Below are positions 22,843 through 33,244 of a DNA stretch of 64,000 bases, in pieces (position 1 is the stretch's first letter; each line of letters opens with the position of its first letter). The stretch is from assembly GCA_963725865.1 (NCBI GenBank), contig CAVSAC010000014.1:768001-832000 (forward strand), written 5' to 3'. The notes under the pieces are model-generated. The model was not told the origin of the DNA, did not search any database, and worked only from the letters and a program-made list of their open reading frames with translations. This DNA is from Candidatus Eiseniibacteriota bacterium (GTDB lineage Bacteria > Eisenbacteria > RBG-16-71-46). Both the position numbers and the translations under genes were made by a program.

Positions 22843-23217
22843 GTGCACGAACTCTCCCTGGTCACCGAGGTCCACCGCAGCTGCCGCCAGCGCATCGACG
22901 CGCAGGGCGGGGGGCGGCTGGAGCGCGTCTGGCTGGCGGTCGGCGAGCTCTCGGCGGTCGAGCCCGAACTGCTCACGTTCGCGTGGGAGGCGGTGATCCA
23001 GGGCGGCCCCGACGCCGGCGCCACGCTCGACGTGGAGTGGCGACCGGCGCGCCAGGTGTGCGAGAGTTGCGGCGTGATCCCGGAGCGCGCGCCCGGCAGC
23101 TGGCTGCGCCTCTGTCCACGATGTGAGCAGCCGCTGCGCATCGAGGGCGGCGACGAGCTCGACATCCTGAAATTCTCGTTCACGCCAGCGGACGGCGCAC
23201 CCGGCACGCCACCATGA
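22843..23217 (+). CDS. hypA: Hydrogenase nickel metallochaperone HypA
   Basis: MHELS N-terminus, GELSAVEPE, and CESC/CPRC zinc motifs. Confidence 0.93.
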   Translation: MHELSLVTEVHRSCRQRIDAQGGGRLERVWLAVGELSAVEPELLTFAWEAVIQGGPDAGATLDVEWRPARQVCESCGVIPERAPGSWLRLCPRCEQPLRIEGGDELDILKFSFTPADGAPGTPP

Positions 23218-23882
23218 GCGACGTCGACGTCAAGCAGCGCATCCTGGCCGCCAACGAAGCCGCCGCCACGACCCTGCGCCGGGGCTTCCAGGACTCGCGC
23301 ACGCTGGTGGTCAACCTCATCTCGTCGCCGGGCTCCGGCAAGACCACGCTGCTGGAGGCCACCGTCTCGCTGCTCAAGCGCCACCTGCGGGTGGGCGTCA
23401 TCGTCGGCGACATCGCCACCGAGCGCGACGCCGAGCGCCTGCGCCGCGCCGGCGTACCCGCGCACCAGATCCTCACCGGCGGCGCCTGCCACCTCGACGC
23501 GCGCCAGATCGAGCGCGCGATGGACGAGGCCCACCTGCGCGGGCTCGACATCCTGTTCATCGAGAACGTCGGCAACCTGATCTGCCCGACCTCGTACGAC
23601 CTCGGCGAGGACTTCAAGGTGGTGCTGCTCTCGGTCACCGAGGGCGAGGACAAGCCGTACAAGTACCCGGCGATCTTCGCGCGCGCCGAGGTCACGGTGA
23701 TCACCAAGCTGGACCTGCTGCCGCACGTGTCGTTCCAGCTCGACGAGGTGCGGGAACAGGTGCGCACGCTGCGGCCCGACGGACGTCTCGTGCTCACGAG
23801 CTCGAACACCGGTGAGGGGATGATCGAGTGGTGCGAGCTGCTCACCGGGCGGCTGGCCGAGAAGCGCGGAGCGGCGGCATGA
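23214..23882 (+). CDS. hypB: Hydrogenase nickel incorporation GTPase HypB
   Basis: SSPGSGKTT, TGGACHLDA, ENVGNLICP, EGEDKP.KYP and TKLD motifs. Confidence 0.95.
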   Translation: MSDVDVKQRILAANEAAATTLRRGFQDSRTLVVNLISSPGSGKTTLLEATVSLLKRHLRVGVIVGDIATERDAERLRRAGVPAHQILTGGACHLDARQIERAMDEAHLRGLDILFIENVGNLICPTSYDLGEDFKVVLLSVTEGEDKPYKYPAIFARAEVTVITKLDLLPHVSFQLDEVREQVRTLRPDGRLVLTSSNTGEGMIEWCELLTGRLAEKRGAAA

Positions 23883-24595
23883 TCGAGCCGACCGGGTTCT
23901 CGGTCAGCCTGCTGGTGGCCGCCGCCGGCATCGCGGTGACGCACACCGTGCTGGGCCCGGACCACTACCTGCCGTTCCTGATGCTGGCGCGCGCGCGCGG
24001 CTGGAGCCGCACCCGCACGCTGGTCGTGACCACGGCCTGCGGCGTCGGCCACGTGCTCTCGAGCATCGCGCTCGGCGCCGTCGGCCTGGCGATCGGGGCC
24101 GGGGTCGGCTGGGTGCAGCACTGGGAGGGCCAGCGCGGGGACTGGGCCGCCTGGGCGCTGGTCGCGTTCGGATTCGCCTACATGGTGTGGGGGGTGCGGT
24201 CCGCGATCCGGCGCCGCGCCGGGCTGTCGCCGCACGAGCACGACCATCACGTCCACATCCACCTCGGCGGCGGGCACCACCACCATCACGTCGATGCCGT
24301 CGGAAAGGACAGCACGAGCGCGTTCTGGACGCTGTTCATCGTGTTCGTGCTCGGTCCCTGCGAGCCGTTGATCCCGCTGTTCGTGCTGCCGGCGAGCCGC
24401 GGCGACTGGTCGCTCGCGGCGCTCACGGGGGCGGTGTTCGGCGCCATCACGATCGGCTCGATGATCGCGCTGGTACTGATCGGCCACACCACGCTCGAGC
24501 GCCTGCCGCTCGGCCGACTCGAGCGCTGGGCCCACGCGATGGCCGGCGCCGTGGTGATGGCGAGCGGGCTGGCGGTGATCTACCTGGGGCTGTAG
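23879..24595 (+). CDS. Nickel transporter-like membrane protein (UreH/NiCoT-related)
   Basis: HTVLGPDHYLPF, GVGHVLSS, a His-rich loop (HEHDHHVHIH...HHHHH) and GPCEP; six TMs; ATGA-coupled to hypB. Confidence 0.8.
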   Translation: MIEPTGFSVSLLVAAAGIAVTHTVLGPDHYLPFLMLARARGWSRTRTLVVTTACGVGHVLSSIALGAVGLAIGAGVGWVQHWEGQRGDWAAWALVAFGFAYMVWGVRSAIRRRAGLSPHEHDHHVHIHLGGGHHHHHVDAVGKDSTSAFWTLFIVFVLGPCEPLIPLFVLPASRGDWSLAALTGAVFGAITIGSMIALVLIGHTTLERLPLGRLERWAHAMAGAVVMASGLAVIYLGL

Positions 24596-24607
24596 GGGGG
24601 CGCGACT

Positions 24608-25000
24608 TCAGCGCGGCGGCGTCCCCGCGCTCGTGCCGCCCGGCGCCGACGTGACGACCGCCGCCGCCGCGTCGCGCACCAGCGCCAGCCGCAGCGCGCC
24701 GTAGCGCGCGCGCAGCAGCCAGCGCAGCAGCACGAACTGGCACAGCGCGAACACGATCAGCGTGAGGATCGCCGCACCCGCCCAGCCGATCCACAGCGAG
24801 CGGCCGACGCCGCTGCGCGACACCAGCCCGAGCGGCACCGCCAGCAGCTCGAACAGCGAGCCCAGCCCTTTCGCGATCAGCCCCGCCAGCAGCACCGCGA
24901 CGACGCTGCGCCACAGCACACCCCACACCACGGCGGCGCGCTCGAGGAACCGCAGGGCCGACCACTCCACCTCGACGCCCTTCACGACCGAGCCTTCCAT
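24608..25000 (-). CDS. Hypothetical membrane protein
   Basis: AAGGA before ATG, two hydrophobic segments, co-directional downstream of hypE. Confidence 0.5.
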   Translation of the reverse strand: MEGSVVKGVEVEWSALRFLERAAVVWGVLWRSVVAVLLAGLIAKGLGSLFELLAVPLGLVSRSGVGRSLWIGWAGAAILTLIVFALCQFVLLRWLLRARYGALRLALVRDAAAAVVTSAPGGTSAGTPPR

Positions 25001-25042
25001 CGGATTCCTTTCCCGGCGGTCCGCGCTCGCGCGGCGCCCGCC

Positions 25043-26110
25043 TCAGCAGATCCGCGGCAGCTGCTCGCCGCTGAGCATGTCGACCACGCGCTGGCCGCCG
25101 ATGCGGCTGCGCAGGAACACCCGCCCCGGGTGCTCGGCGACCACCTCGCCGATGATCGCCGCGCCGCGACCGAGCGGATGCGCGTGCATCGCCGCGAGCG
25201 CGTGATCCGCGGCGTGGGCGGCGACGATCGCGAGCACCTTGCCCTCGTTCGCCACGTAGAGCGGATCGAGCCCCAGGATCTCGCACGCGCCCCGCACCTG
25301 CTCGTCGATCGGGATCGCGGTCTCGTCCAGCCGCATGCCGACCCGCGCGGCCTGCGCGATCTCGTTGAGCGCGCTCGACACTCCGCCGCGCGTCGGATCG
25401 CGCAGCACGTGCGCGCGCGGGCCGCAGGCGGCCAGCACGTCGGCGACCAGGGTGTGGAGCGCCGCCGAGTCGCTCTCGATGGTGGTCTCGAACGTCAGCC
25501 CCTCGCGCACCGACAGGATGGCGATGCCGTGCTGGGCGATCGGCCCGTTCACCAGCACCCGGTCACCGACCTTCGCACGGGTGGGCAGCAGCGACACGCC
25601 GGGTGGCACCACCCCGATGCCGCTGGTGTTGATGAACACTCCGTCGCCCTTGCCGCGGTCGACGACCTTGGTGTCGCCCGTCACCACGCTCACGCCCGCC
25701 GCGGTGGCCGCGGCCTGCATCGAGCACACGATGCGCCACAGCTCCTCCATCGGCAGGCCTTCCTCGAGGATGAACCCGGCGGTGAGTGCCACCGGCGTCG
25801 CGCCGCACATCGCCAGGTCGTTCACGGTGCCGTGCACCGCCAGCGAGCCGATGTCGCCGCCGGGGAAGAACCGCGGGCTGACGACGAACGAGTCGGTCGA
25901 CACCGCGATGCGCCCGCTCGACAGCTCGAGCAGGGCGCCGTCGTGCATCGCGTCGAGCGCGGGATTGGAGAACGCGCGCGCGAACACGCGTTCGATCAGC
26001 ATCTGGCTCATGCGCCCGCCGCCGCCATGCGCCAGCAGCACGTACGGGTAGTCCGCGATCGGGAGCGGGCAGGTGGCCCCCAGGAGGTCGGCGGCTGCGA
26101 GCTTGCTCAT
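25043..26110 (-). CDS. hypE: Carbamoyl dehydratase HypE
   Basis: [33 protein letters not shown] and C-terminal PRIC. Confidence 0.96.
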   Translation of the reverse strand: MSKLAAADLLGATCPLPIADYPYVLLAHGGGGRMSQMLIERVFARAFSNPALDAMHDGALLELSSGRIAVSTDSFVVSPRFFPGGDIGSLAVHGTVNDLAMCGATPVALTAGFILEEGLPMEELWRIVCSMQAAATAAGVSVVTGDTKVVDRGKGDGVFINTSGIGVVPPGVSLLPTRAKVGDRVLVNGPIAQHGIAILSVREGLTFETTIESDSAALHTLVADVLAACGPRAHVLRDPTRGGVSSALNEIAQAARVGMRLDETAIPIDEQVRGACEILGLDPLYVANEGKVLAIVAAHAADHALAAMHAHPLGRGAAIIGEVVAEHPGRVFLRSRIGGQRVVDMLSGEQLPRIC

Positions 26111-27195
26111 CCCGCCCTCTTGTATTGGTAGTACGCTGCGCACGCGCCCTCGCTGGAGACCATCGGCGCGCCGAGCGGCCGCTCCGGCGTGCACTGGGTC
26201 CCGAACGCCGAGCAGTCGTGCGGCTTCTTCTGGCCGATCATGATGAGCCCGGCGATGCACAGCGGCGACTCCTGCGCCGCCACCCCGCCGACATCGAAGC
26301 GCTGCTCGGCGTCCCAGCGCTCGTAGCCCTTGCGCAGCCGGTAGCCGCTCATCGGGATCACGCCGATGCCGCGCCACGCGCGGTCGCACACCTCGAACAC
26401 GTCGCGCATGAGCCGCTGGGCCGGCAGGTTCCCCGCGGCCGTGACCGCGCGCGAGTACTGGTTCTCGACCCCGACGCGCCCCTCCTCGAGCGCGCATACC
26501 GCCATGTAGACGCCCTGCGCCAGGTCGAGCGGCTCGAAGCCGGTCACCACGATCGGCACCTGGTGGCGCGTCGCGATCGGCCCGTACTCGCCGGTGCCCA
26601 TGACCGCGCACACGTGCCCGGCGGCGAGGAAGCCCTGCACCAGGTTGTCCGGCGCACCCAGCAGCGCCTCCATCGCGGGCGGCACCAGCACGTGCGAGAC
26701 CAGCACCGAGAAGTTGTCGAGGCCGAGCTGCTTCGCTCTCCAGACCGCCATCGCGTTCGCGGGGGCGGTGGTCTCGAATCCAACGGCGAAGAACACCACG
26801 TGCCGATCGGGGTGCTGCCGCGCCAGCTTCACCGCGTCGAGCGGCGAATACACCATGCGCACGTCGCCGCCCTGGGCCTTCACGCTCAGCAGGTCGGTGG
26901 TGGAGCCGGGCACCCGCAGCATGTCGCCGAACGAGGTGAAGATCACCTCCGGCCGCCGCGCGATCGCGAGCGCGCGATCGATCATCTCCAGCGGCGTGAC
27001 GCACACCGGGCAGCCGGGTCCGTGCACCAGCGTGATCGATTCGGGCAGCATGCGGTCGATGCCGGTCTTGATGAACGTGTGGGTCTGGCCGCCGCAGATC
27101 TCCATCAGCGTCCACGGCCGCGTCACCCGCTCGCGGATCGCGCGCACGAACTTCTTCACGTCCGCTTCCTGGCGGTACTCATCGAGGTACTTCAT
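26107..27195 (-). CDS. hypD: Hydrogenase maturation factor HypD
   Basis: [21 protein letters not shown] and PMVSSEGAC motifs. Confidence 0.97.
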   Translation of the reverse strand: MKYLDEYRQEADVKKFVRAIRERVTRPWTLMEICGGQTHTFIKTGIDRMLPESITLVHGPGCPVCVTPLEMIDRALAIARRPEVIFTSFGDMLRVPGSTTDLLSVKAQGGDVRMVYSPLDAVKLARQHPDRHVVFFAVGFETTAPANAMAVWRAKQLGLDNFSVLVSHVLVPPAMEALLGAPDNLVQGFLAAGHVCAVMGTGEYGPIATRHQVPIVVTGFEPLDLAQGVYMAVCALEEGRVGVENQYSRAVTAAGNLPAQRLMRDVFEVCDRAWRGIGVIPMSGYRLRKGYERWDAEQRFDVGGVAAQESPLCIAGLIMIGQKKPHDCSAFGTQCTPERPLGAPMVSSEGACAAYYQYKRAG

Positions 27196-27220
27196 CGCGA
27201 TCTCCGCAGCGGCAGCGCCG

Positions 27221-27478
27221 CTACTCCGGCTGGGGGATGTCGAGCTCGCCGAGCTCGCCCATCTCCTGGAGCGTGCGGAACACCTCCTGCGCCTCCTGCT
27301 CGCTCACCTGGCTGATGGCGAAGCCGACGTGCACGATGACGTAGTCCCCCTCTTTCACCTCGGGCGTGTACGCGAGGCACACCTCCTTGGTCACGCCGCC
27401 GAACGACACCGTGCCCATGTTCATCCCGCCCGGTCCCGGGACGATCGTCATCACCCTGCCGGGTACGCCGAGGCACAT
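27221..27478 (-). CDS. hypC: Hydrogenase chaperone HypC
   Basis: MCLGVPG N-terminus and [12 protein letters not shown]. Confidence 0.95.
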   Translation of the reverse strand: MCLGVPGRVMTIVPGPGGMNMGTVSFGGVTKEVCLAYTPEVKEGDYVIVHVGFAISQVSEQEAQEVFRTLQEMGELGELDIPQPE

Positions 27479-27521
27479 TTGCGCTCCTCTCGATTCGACG
27501 CGCGAGACGGCCGCGGTCCCC

Positions 27522-29846
27522 TCACTCCCCACGCATGTGCGCGGCCGCGACGGCCGCGACGGCCGCCTGTCCCAGGCTCAGGCCGCCGTCGTTGGGCGGC
27601 ACCTGGCGGTGGGCCAGCACGCGAAAGCCCGCCTGATCGAGCGCGTGCGTGGCGCCCTCCAGCAGCAGGCGGTTCTGGAAGCACCCGCCGCTCAGCACGA
27701 CGACTTCAAAGCCGATGTCGTTCGCCATCCGGACCATGCCCGCCACCAGCGCGGCGTGGATCCTCGCCGCCATGATACCCCGTGCGACTCCGCTCGCGAG
27801 GTCCGAGAGCACGGCCCGTACGAGCGGGCGCCAGTCAAGGACCCGAGGCCCCTTGGACCTCACCGGAGTCAGGGCGATTGGATACGCGCCGCGGTTGCCC
27901 GGCTCCGCCAGGCGCTCGAGCGCGATCGCGGCCTGTCCCTCGTAGGTGATGCGCGGGTGGAGCCCGAGCAGCGCGGCGAGACCGTCGAACAGTCGCCCGG
28001 CACTCGTGGTCACCGGCGAGTTCACCTCGCCGGCGAGCATCTCCCGCAGCACCCATCGTTCGGTCGGGCTGAACGACGCCACCGGCTCGAGGTCCACGCG
28101 CTCCAGCGCGTCCTCGCCGAACATCTCCCAGATCAGCCCGATCGCGGAGCGCCGCGGCTCGCGCACGGCGGCCTCGCCGCCCGGCAGTCGGAACGGCAGC
28201 AGGTGGCCGATGCGCGCGTAGGCCGACAGGGCCGGGCCGCCGACCAAGAACTCTCCGCCCCAGATGGTGCCGTCGCCGCCGTAGCCGGTGCCATCCCAGA
28301 TGATACCGAGCGCCGAGTTCATGAGTTCGCCGTTCTCCACCAGACAGGACGCCAGGTGTGCGTAGTGGTGCTGCACGGGCACCAGCCGCGGCGTGCCGGG
28401 CAGCCGCGCTCCGTGCTCGATCGCCCACCGCGTACTGACGTAGTCGGGGTGCGGGTCGTGCGCGATCGCGACCGGACGCGCGTCGTACATGCGCAGGAAG
28501 TCGGCGATCACGCGCTCGAACGCGTCCTCGGCCTCGGGGGTCTCGAGATCGCCGACGTGCTGGCTGACGAACACCTGCCGTCCGATCGCGAGCGCCACCG
28601 TGTTCTTCAGATGCCCGCCCACCGCCAGCACGGTGGGCACCTCCCGCGGCAGGCGCAAGGGCAGCGGCGCGTACCCACGCGCGCGGCGCAGCAGCCGGAA
28701 CTCGCCGTCCACCATCCAGCCCACGCTGTCATCGACGTGCCGCTCGATCGGGCGGTCGTGCACCAGCAGCAGGTCGGCGATCGGGCCGAGGCGCGCGAGC
28801 GCCTCGCGCTCGTCGATCGCGATCGGCTCGTCGGTGAGATTGCCGCTGGTGGCCACCAGCGCGCGGCCGACCGCGTCCATCAGCAGGTGGTGGAGCGGCG
28901 TGTACGCGAGCATCACGCCGAGCTGCGCGAGCCCCGGCGCCACGTTCGCGTCCGCCGGCGCGTCCGCGCGGCGCGGCAACAGCACGATCGGCGCCCCGCG
29001 TGACTCCAGCATCGCGGCCGCCGTCTCGTCGACCTCGACCAGCGTGCGCGCCTGCGGGAGGTCGCGGCACATCAGCGCGAACGGCTTCTCCTGGCGGCCC
29101 TTGCCCTCACGCAGCCGGGCGACCGCCGCGGCGTCGGCGGCGTCGCACATCAGGTGGAAGCCGCCGAGGCCCTTGACCGCCACGATGTGCCCCTCGCACA
29201 GCGCCGCGGCGGTGCGCGCGAGCGCTTCCGCGCGCGTCGCGAGCACGACGCCGTCGCGGTCCCACAGCGCGAGCGCCGGCCCGCACGCGGGGCAGGCGAT
29301 CGGCTGCGCGTGGAAGCGCCGGTCGCGCGGGTCCTCGTACTCGCGCCGGCAGTCGGCGCACAGCGGGAAGTCGCGCATCGTGGTGTTCGGCCGGTCGTAC
29401 GGCAGCGCCCGGATGATCGAGAAGCGCGGTCCGCAATCGGTGCAGTTGGTGAACGGGTAGCCGTGGCGCCGCTCGCGCGGGTCGGCGATCTCGGCGCGGC
29501 AGGCGGCGCAGGTCGCCAGCTCCGGCAGCAGCACCGCGAGTCGCTCGCCGCCCGCGTCGCTGGGACGGATCTCGAACCCCGCCAGGCCCGCGGCCGGCAG
29601 CCACGCGTGCTCGAGCGCGTGAACGTACGCGGCCTGCGGGGTCTCGGCGCCGACGCGCGCGAGGAAGCGCTCGAGGGCGGCGCGCGGTCCCTCGACCTCG
29701 AGTACCACGCCGCGCGTGTCGTTCACCACCCAGCCGGCGAGCGCGAGCTCGGTCGCGAGGCGGTAGACGAACGGGCGGAACCCGACGCCCTGCACGGCAC
29801 CGCGGATCTCGACGCGCAGTCGCTCGATGGCCGGGACCGGCGTCAT
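27522..29846 (-). CDS. hypF: Carbamoyltransferase HypF
   Basis: Acylphosphatase domain VQGVGFRP, two CxxC zinc-finger pairs, KGLGGFHL, QHHYAH, DGTGYG and NDGGLSLGQ. Confidence 0.96.
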   Translation of the reverse strand: MTPVPAIERLRVEIRGAVQGVGFRPFVYRLATELALAGWVVNDTRGVVLEVEGPRAALERFLARVGAETPQAAYVHALEHAWLPAAGLAGFEIRPSDAGGERLAVLLPELATCAACRAEIADPRERRHGYPFTNCTDCGPRFSIIRALPYDRPNTTMRDFPLCADCRREYEDPRDRRFHAQPIACPACGPALALWDRDGVVLATRAEALARTAAALCEGHIVAVKGLGGFHLMCDAADAAAVARLREGKGRQEKPFALMCRDLPQARTLVEVDETAAAMLESRGAPIVLLPRRADAPADANVAPGLAQLGVMLAYTPLHHLLMDAVGRALVATSGNLTDEPIAIDEREALARLGPIADLLLVHDRPIERHVDDSVGWMVDGEFRLLRRARGYAPLPLRLPREVPTVLAVGGHLKNTVALAIGRQVFVSQHVGDLETPEAEDAFERVIADFLRMYDARPVAIAHDPHPDYVSTRWAIEHGARLPGTPRLVPVQHHYAHLASCLVENGELMNSALGIIWDGTGYGGDGTIWGGEFLVGGPALSAYARIGHLLPFRLPGGEAAVREPRRSAIGLIWEMFGEDALERVDLEPVASFSPTERWVLREMLAGEVNSPVTTSAGRLFDGLAALLGLHPRITYEGQAAIALERLAEPGNRGAYPIALTPVRSKGPRVLDWRPLVRAVLSDLASGVARGIMAARIHAALVAGMVRMANDIGFEVVVLSGGCFQNRLLLEGATHALDQAGFRVLAHRQVPPNDGGLSLGQAAVAAVAAAHMRGE

Positions 29847-29892
29847 GACCGCGGCGCCCGCGCGCCGACGCCCCGCCGCGGACGGCCCATCG

Positions 29893-30954
29893 TCAGCGCC
29901 ACCCTTCGCGCACCGCGCGCTCGTAAGCCGGCCAGTAGGGATCGGGCTCGGGCGCGAGCAGGCGCCGCACGGCGCCGTCGGGCTCGGTCAGGTAGAGCGC
30001 GCCGGAGCCCTTCATCAGCTCGCCCACTTCCGCCGCCTCGATGCCCGCCTCGCGCAGCGACTCGAGCAGCGCGGGTGCGGCGGCCGGCCGCACGGTGGCG
30101 ATCAGCGAGCCGCTCGAGAGCGCCCAGCCGGGATCGGCGATGCCGAACACTTCGCACACGGTGCGCACCTCGGGCGCGAGCGGGATGCGCGCGCGTTCCG
30201 CGCGCACGTCGCACCCGCAGGCCTGCGCCAGCTCGATCAGCCCGCCGAGCACACCGCCCTCGGTGGCGTCGTGCAGCGCCGTCACGCCGCGCTCGCGCAC
30301 TCCGATCCGCACCGCGGCGCGGCAGTCCTCGACCACGCTCACGCGCGCCAGCAGCGCCCGCATGCGTGCGAGCGCGTCGGGCTCGAGCACCGCGGCGAGC
30401 CGCTCCGGAAACAGGTGCGCGGCCACCGCCGCAGTCTCGATCGCGCAGCCCTTGGTGATCACGACCCGGTCGCCGGCCTGCGCCATCGCGGGCGAGAGCC
30501 AGCGGCCATCGTCGCCCACCCCGACCAGCGTCGCGGCCCCCACGATCGACAGCTCGCAGCCGTCGTAGCGCCCGGTGTGGCCGGTGACCACCGCGATCCC
30601 GAGGCGGGCCCACTCGTCGCTCATCGCCTCCCAGTAGGCCGCGAACGTCGCGTCGTCGAGCGACTGCGGGAGCGCGAACGACGCGCTCGCGTAGGCGGGC
30701 GGGATGCCGGTCGTCCACAGGTCGGAGGCGAGCAGGTGGCACGAGAGCCGCGCGGATGCCGCGGGCCCGAGCGCCGGGACGAGCGAGAGCGGGTCGGTGG
30801 TCATCGCCATCACCCGCCCCGCGCCGATCCGCACGATCGCCGCGTCGCAGCCCGGCCGCGGCCCGATCAGCACCTCCGCGCGCGCCGCGCCGAGGCCGGC
30901 GCCGAGGGTGCGCGCGAGGGCGGCGGGCGCCAGCTTGCCGAGCGAAGGTCCCAT
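29893..30954 (-). CDS. AIR synthase/PurM-HypE superfamily protein of unknown function
   Basis: GP..G.DAA, TTDP, TGHT, GDRVVITKG, LHDATEGG and SSGSL; lacks the HypE PRIC tail. Confidence 0.82.
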   Translation of the reverse strand: MGPSLGKLAPAALARTLGAGLGAARAEVLIGPRPGCDAAIVRIGAGRVMAMTTDPLSLVPALGPAASARLSCHLLASDLWTTGIPPAYASASFALPQSLDDATFAAYWEAMSDEWARLGIAVVTGHTGRYDGCELSIVGAATLVGVGDDGRWLSPAMAQAGDRVVITKGCAIETAAVAAHLFPERLAAVLEPDALARMRALLARVSVVEDCRAAVRIGVRERGVTALHDATEGGVLGGLIELAQACGCDVRAERARIPLAPEVRTVCEVFGIADPGWALSSGSLIATVRPAAAPALLESLREAGIEAAEVGELMKGSGALYLTEPDGAVRRLLAPEPDPYWPAYERAVREGWR

Positions 30955-31025
30955 GCCCGCACTCTAGCCGCGGGCCGCCGGCGGGCGCCAGCGCGCGGCC
31001 CGCGCACCGCGGCGCACGCGCCGCG

Positions 31026-31700
31026 TCAGCGCGCGGCGCTGCGCTCGTCGATCACGCCCGCCGCCGCGCCCTCGGCCAGCACCCACGCGGCGGCGCGGCC
31101 GGTCAGCTCGGGATCGCCGGCCTGCGGATCGGCGAGCGCCGCGCTCGTGAGCACCGCGAACTCGGTGCCGGGCCGCGCGCCGCCGCCGAGCAGCGACACC
31201 AGCCCCTCCGCGAACACGCGTCCGAGCGCCACCGCGTCCGGCCGGCCGCCGGCGCGCGGCGCCGCGGCGATCATCACCACGCGTTTCACCGCGGCCGCGG
31301 AGCCGTTGAGATGGCGCAGCAGCCCGAGCACGAACAGCCCGGGCGCGCCACACGCACCGCGCAGCGCCGCGTGCGCGGCCTCGGCGTCGAGCGCGTTGAG
31401 CCAGCCGGCCGCCGGCGGCGGGAACACCGCCACCAGGTGGTCGATGCCGCCGAACTCGCGCCGCGCCACCGCCGCGATGCGCGCGAGCGTGGCGGGATCG
31501 TCGGCCGCGCCGGACGCGGTGCGCAGGTGCGGGACCGTCTCGGGATCGGCGTCGAGGTAGAAGCGCTCGGCAGCCTCGTCGGTGTCCACCGGCACCACCA
31601 CGCGGGCGCCCGCCAGCAGCAGCGCGCGCGTCACCGCGATGCCGGCGCCCGCGGCGCCGCCCCCGACCACCACCACCTGGTCCTGCAGTCGCGGCAGCAT
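31026..31700 (-). CDS. Short-chain dehydrogenase-like Rossmann protein (degenerate)
   Basis: RLQDQVVVVGGGAAGAG and EFGGIDHLV; no YxxxK motif visible. Confidence 0.6.
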   Translation of the reverse strand: MLPRLQDQVVVVGGGAAGAGIAVTRALLLAGARVVVPVDTDEAAERFYLDADPETVPHLRTASGAADDPATLARIAAVARREFGGIDHLVAVFPPPAAGWLNALDAEAAHAALRGACGAPGLFVLGLLRHLNGSAAAVKRVVMIAAAPRAGGRPDAVALGRVFAEGLVSLLGGGARPGTEFAVLTSAALADPQAGDPELTGRAAAWVLAEGAAAGVIDERSAAR

Positions 31701-31733
31701 GTGCGTTCCCTCCGCGCGAGCCCGCGCGCCGCC

Positions 31734-33050
31734 TCAGCGGCGCAGGCGCCAGACCACCAGCGGCGGGGTGAGCAGGGTGGTGAGCACCACCATGATGACC
31801 ACCGCCGAGTACACCGCGTCGTCCACCACGCGCTCGCCCGCGATGTGGAGCGTGGCCCCGATGCCGGCGAAGATCAGCCCCACCTCGCCGCGCGGGATCA
31901 TCCCGAGTCCGACCGCGAGCCGGTCGACGCCCCGCTCGAGCACGCCCAGCGAGCACGCCTGCTTGCCGACCACCGCCGCGAGCGTGAGCGCCGCCGCGAA
32001 GCCGAGCACGCCGGTGTCCCCGAACACCCGCAGGTCGACGCGCAGGCCCATGAGCACGAAGAACACCGGCACCAGGAACGTGGCGAGCGGCTGCATCAGC
32101 TCGTGCACGCCGCGCTTCGCCGCGTCGCGCTGGCGCAGCTCGACGTAGTGCGCGTCCTCGAGGATCAGTCCGCCGGCGAACGCGCCCACGATCGGCGCCA
32201 GCCCGACCCGCGCGGCCAGCCACGCGAACGCGAAGCAGAAGCCGAGCGCGAACGACAGCAGCACCCCTTCGCCGCGCAGCAGGCTGCCGAACCGGAACAC
32301 CACCCGCGAGAGCCAGCGGCCCGCCACCAGCGCCACCAGCAGGAAGCCCACCGCCTTGGCGGTGATGACCAGCGCATCGAGCGGCTGGAACGTCCCGCCC
32401 CGGTCGACCGCCTGGATGATCCCCGAGATCACCGCCAGCACGATCAGCCCCAGCACGTCGTCGATCACCGCCGCACCCAGGATGATCCGGCCCTCGAGGC
32501 TGCTTGCTCGCCCGATGTCGGAAAGCACGCGGGCGGTGATGCCGACGCTGGTGGCGCACAGCGTCGCCCCCACGAACCAGTGGGTGAGCCCGGAGTGGGA
32601 GGGGAAGAACACCCGCGACGTGCCCCAGCCCAGCAGCATCGGGGCGATCACCCCCAGTGTCGCGACCAGGAACGAGGACAGTCCGACCCGGCGCATGGTG
32701 TCGACGTCCGAATCGAGCCCCACCTGGAACAGCAGGAACAGCACGCCGAGCTGGGCCAGCACGTCGAGCATCGGCAGCGAGCGCAGCCCGTCGAAAGCGT
32801 GCACGCCCGCCAGGCCGAGGTTGCCGAGCACGATGCCGGCCAGCAGCTCGCCCAGCACGGACGGCAGCGCGGCGCGCTCGAACAGCGCGCCGCCGAGCCG
32901 CGCGCCGACCAGGATGAGCACCAGCGCCAGCAGCAGCGGCGCGAGGTCGACGCCGTGCGGCTCGGACGCCGCCCACGCCACGCCATGGGCGAGCACGAGG
33001 GCACCGGCGACCGGCAGGAACAGCGCCCGGGACGGGCGGGAGAATCGCAT
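31734..33050 (-). CDS. Cation:proton antiporter (CPA2/NapA-like)
   Basis: PSVLGELLAGIVLG, LFQVGLD, ATSVGIT, AAVIDD, GAFAGG and GMIPRGEV; about 13 TMs. Confidence 0.9.
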   Translation of the reverse strand: MRFSRPSRALFLPVAGALVLAHGVAWAASEPHGVDLAPLLLALVLILVGARLGGALFERAALPSVLGELLAGIVLGNLGLAGVHAFDGLRSLPMLDVLAQLGVLFLLFQVGLDSDVDTMRRVGLSSFLVATLGVIAPMLLGWGTSRVFFPSHSGLTHWFVGATLCATSVGITARVLSDIGRASSLEGRIILGAAVIDDVLGLIVLAVISGIIQAVDRGGTFQPLDALVITAKAVGFLLVALVAGRWLSRVVFRFGSLLRGEGVLLSFALGFCFAFAWLAARVGLAPIVGAFAGGLILEDAHYVELRQRDAAKRGVHELMQPLATFLVPVFFVLMGLRVDLRVFGDTGVLGFAAALTLAAVVGKQACSLGVLERGVDRLAVGLGMIPRGEVGLIFAGIGATLHIAGERVVDDAVYSAVVIMVVLTTLLTPPLVVWRLRR

Positions 33051-33244
33051 GGCCCCGGCTTTGTATCGCATCCGGTCGCGGCGGTCGAGCGGGACCGCCG
33101 CGGGGCAGCCGCCGGGAGCCCGATCCACGGCCCGGCTCGCGAGCCGCGGGCACGCGCGCACGCGACCCATCCGCGATGAAACGCTGCGGCCCGCCGTGCC
33201 CTATGCTGTGCGCGATCCGCCGTCGCTCCGCTCCGAGGACCGTC

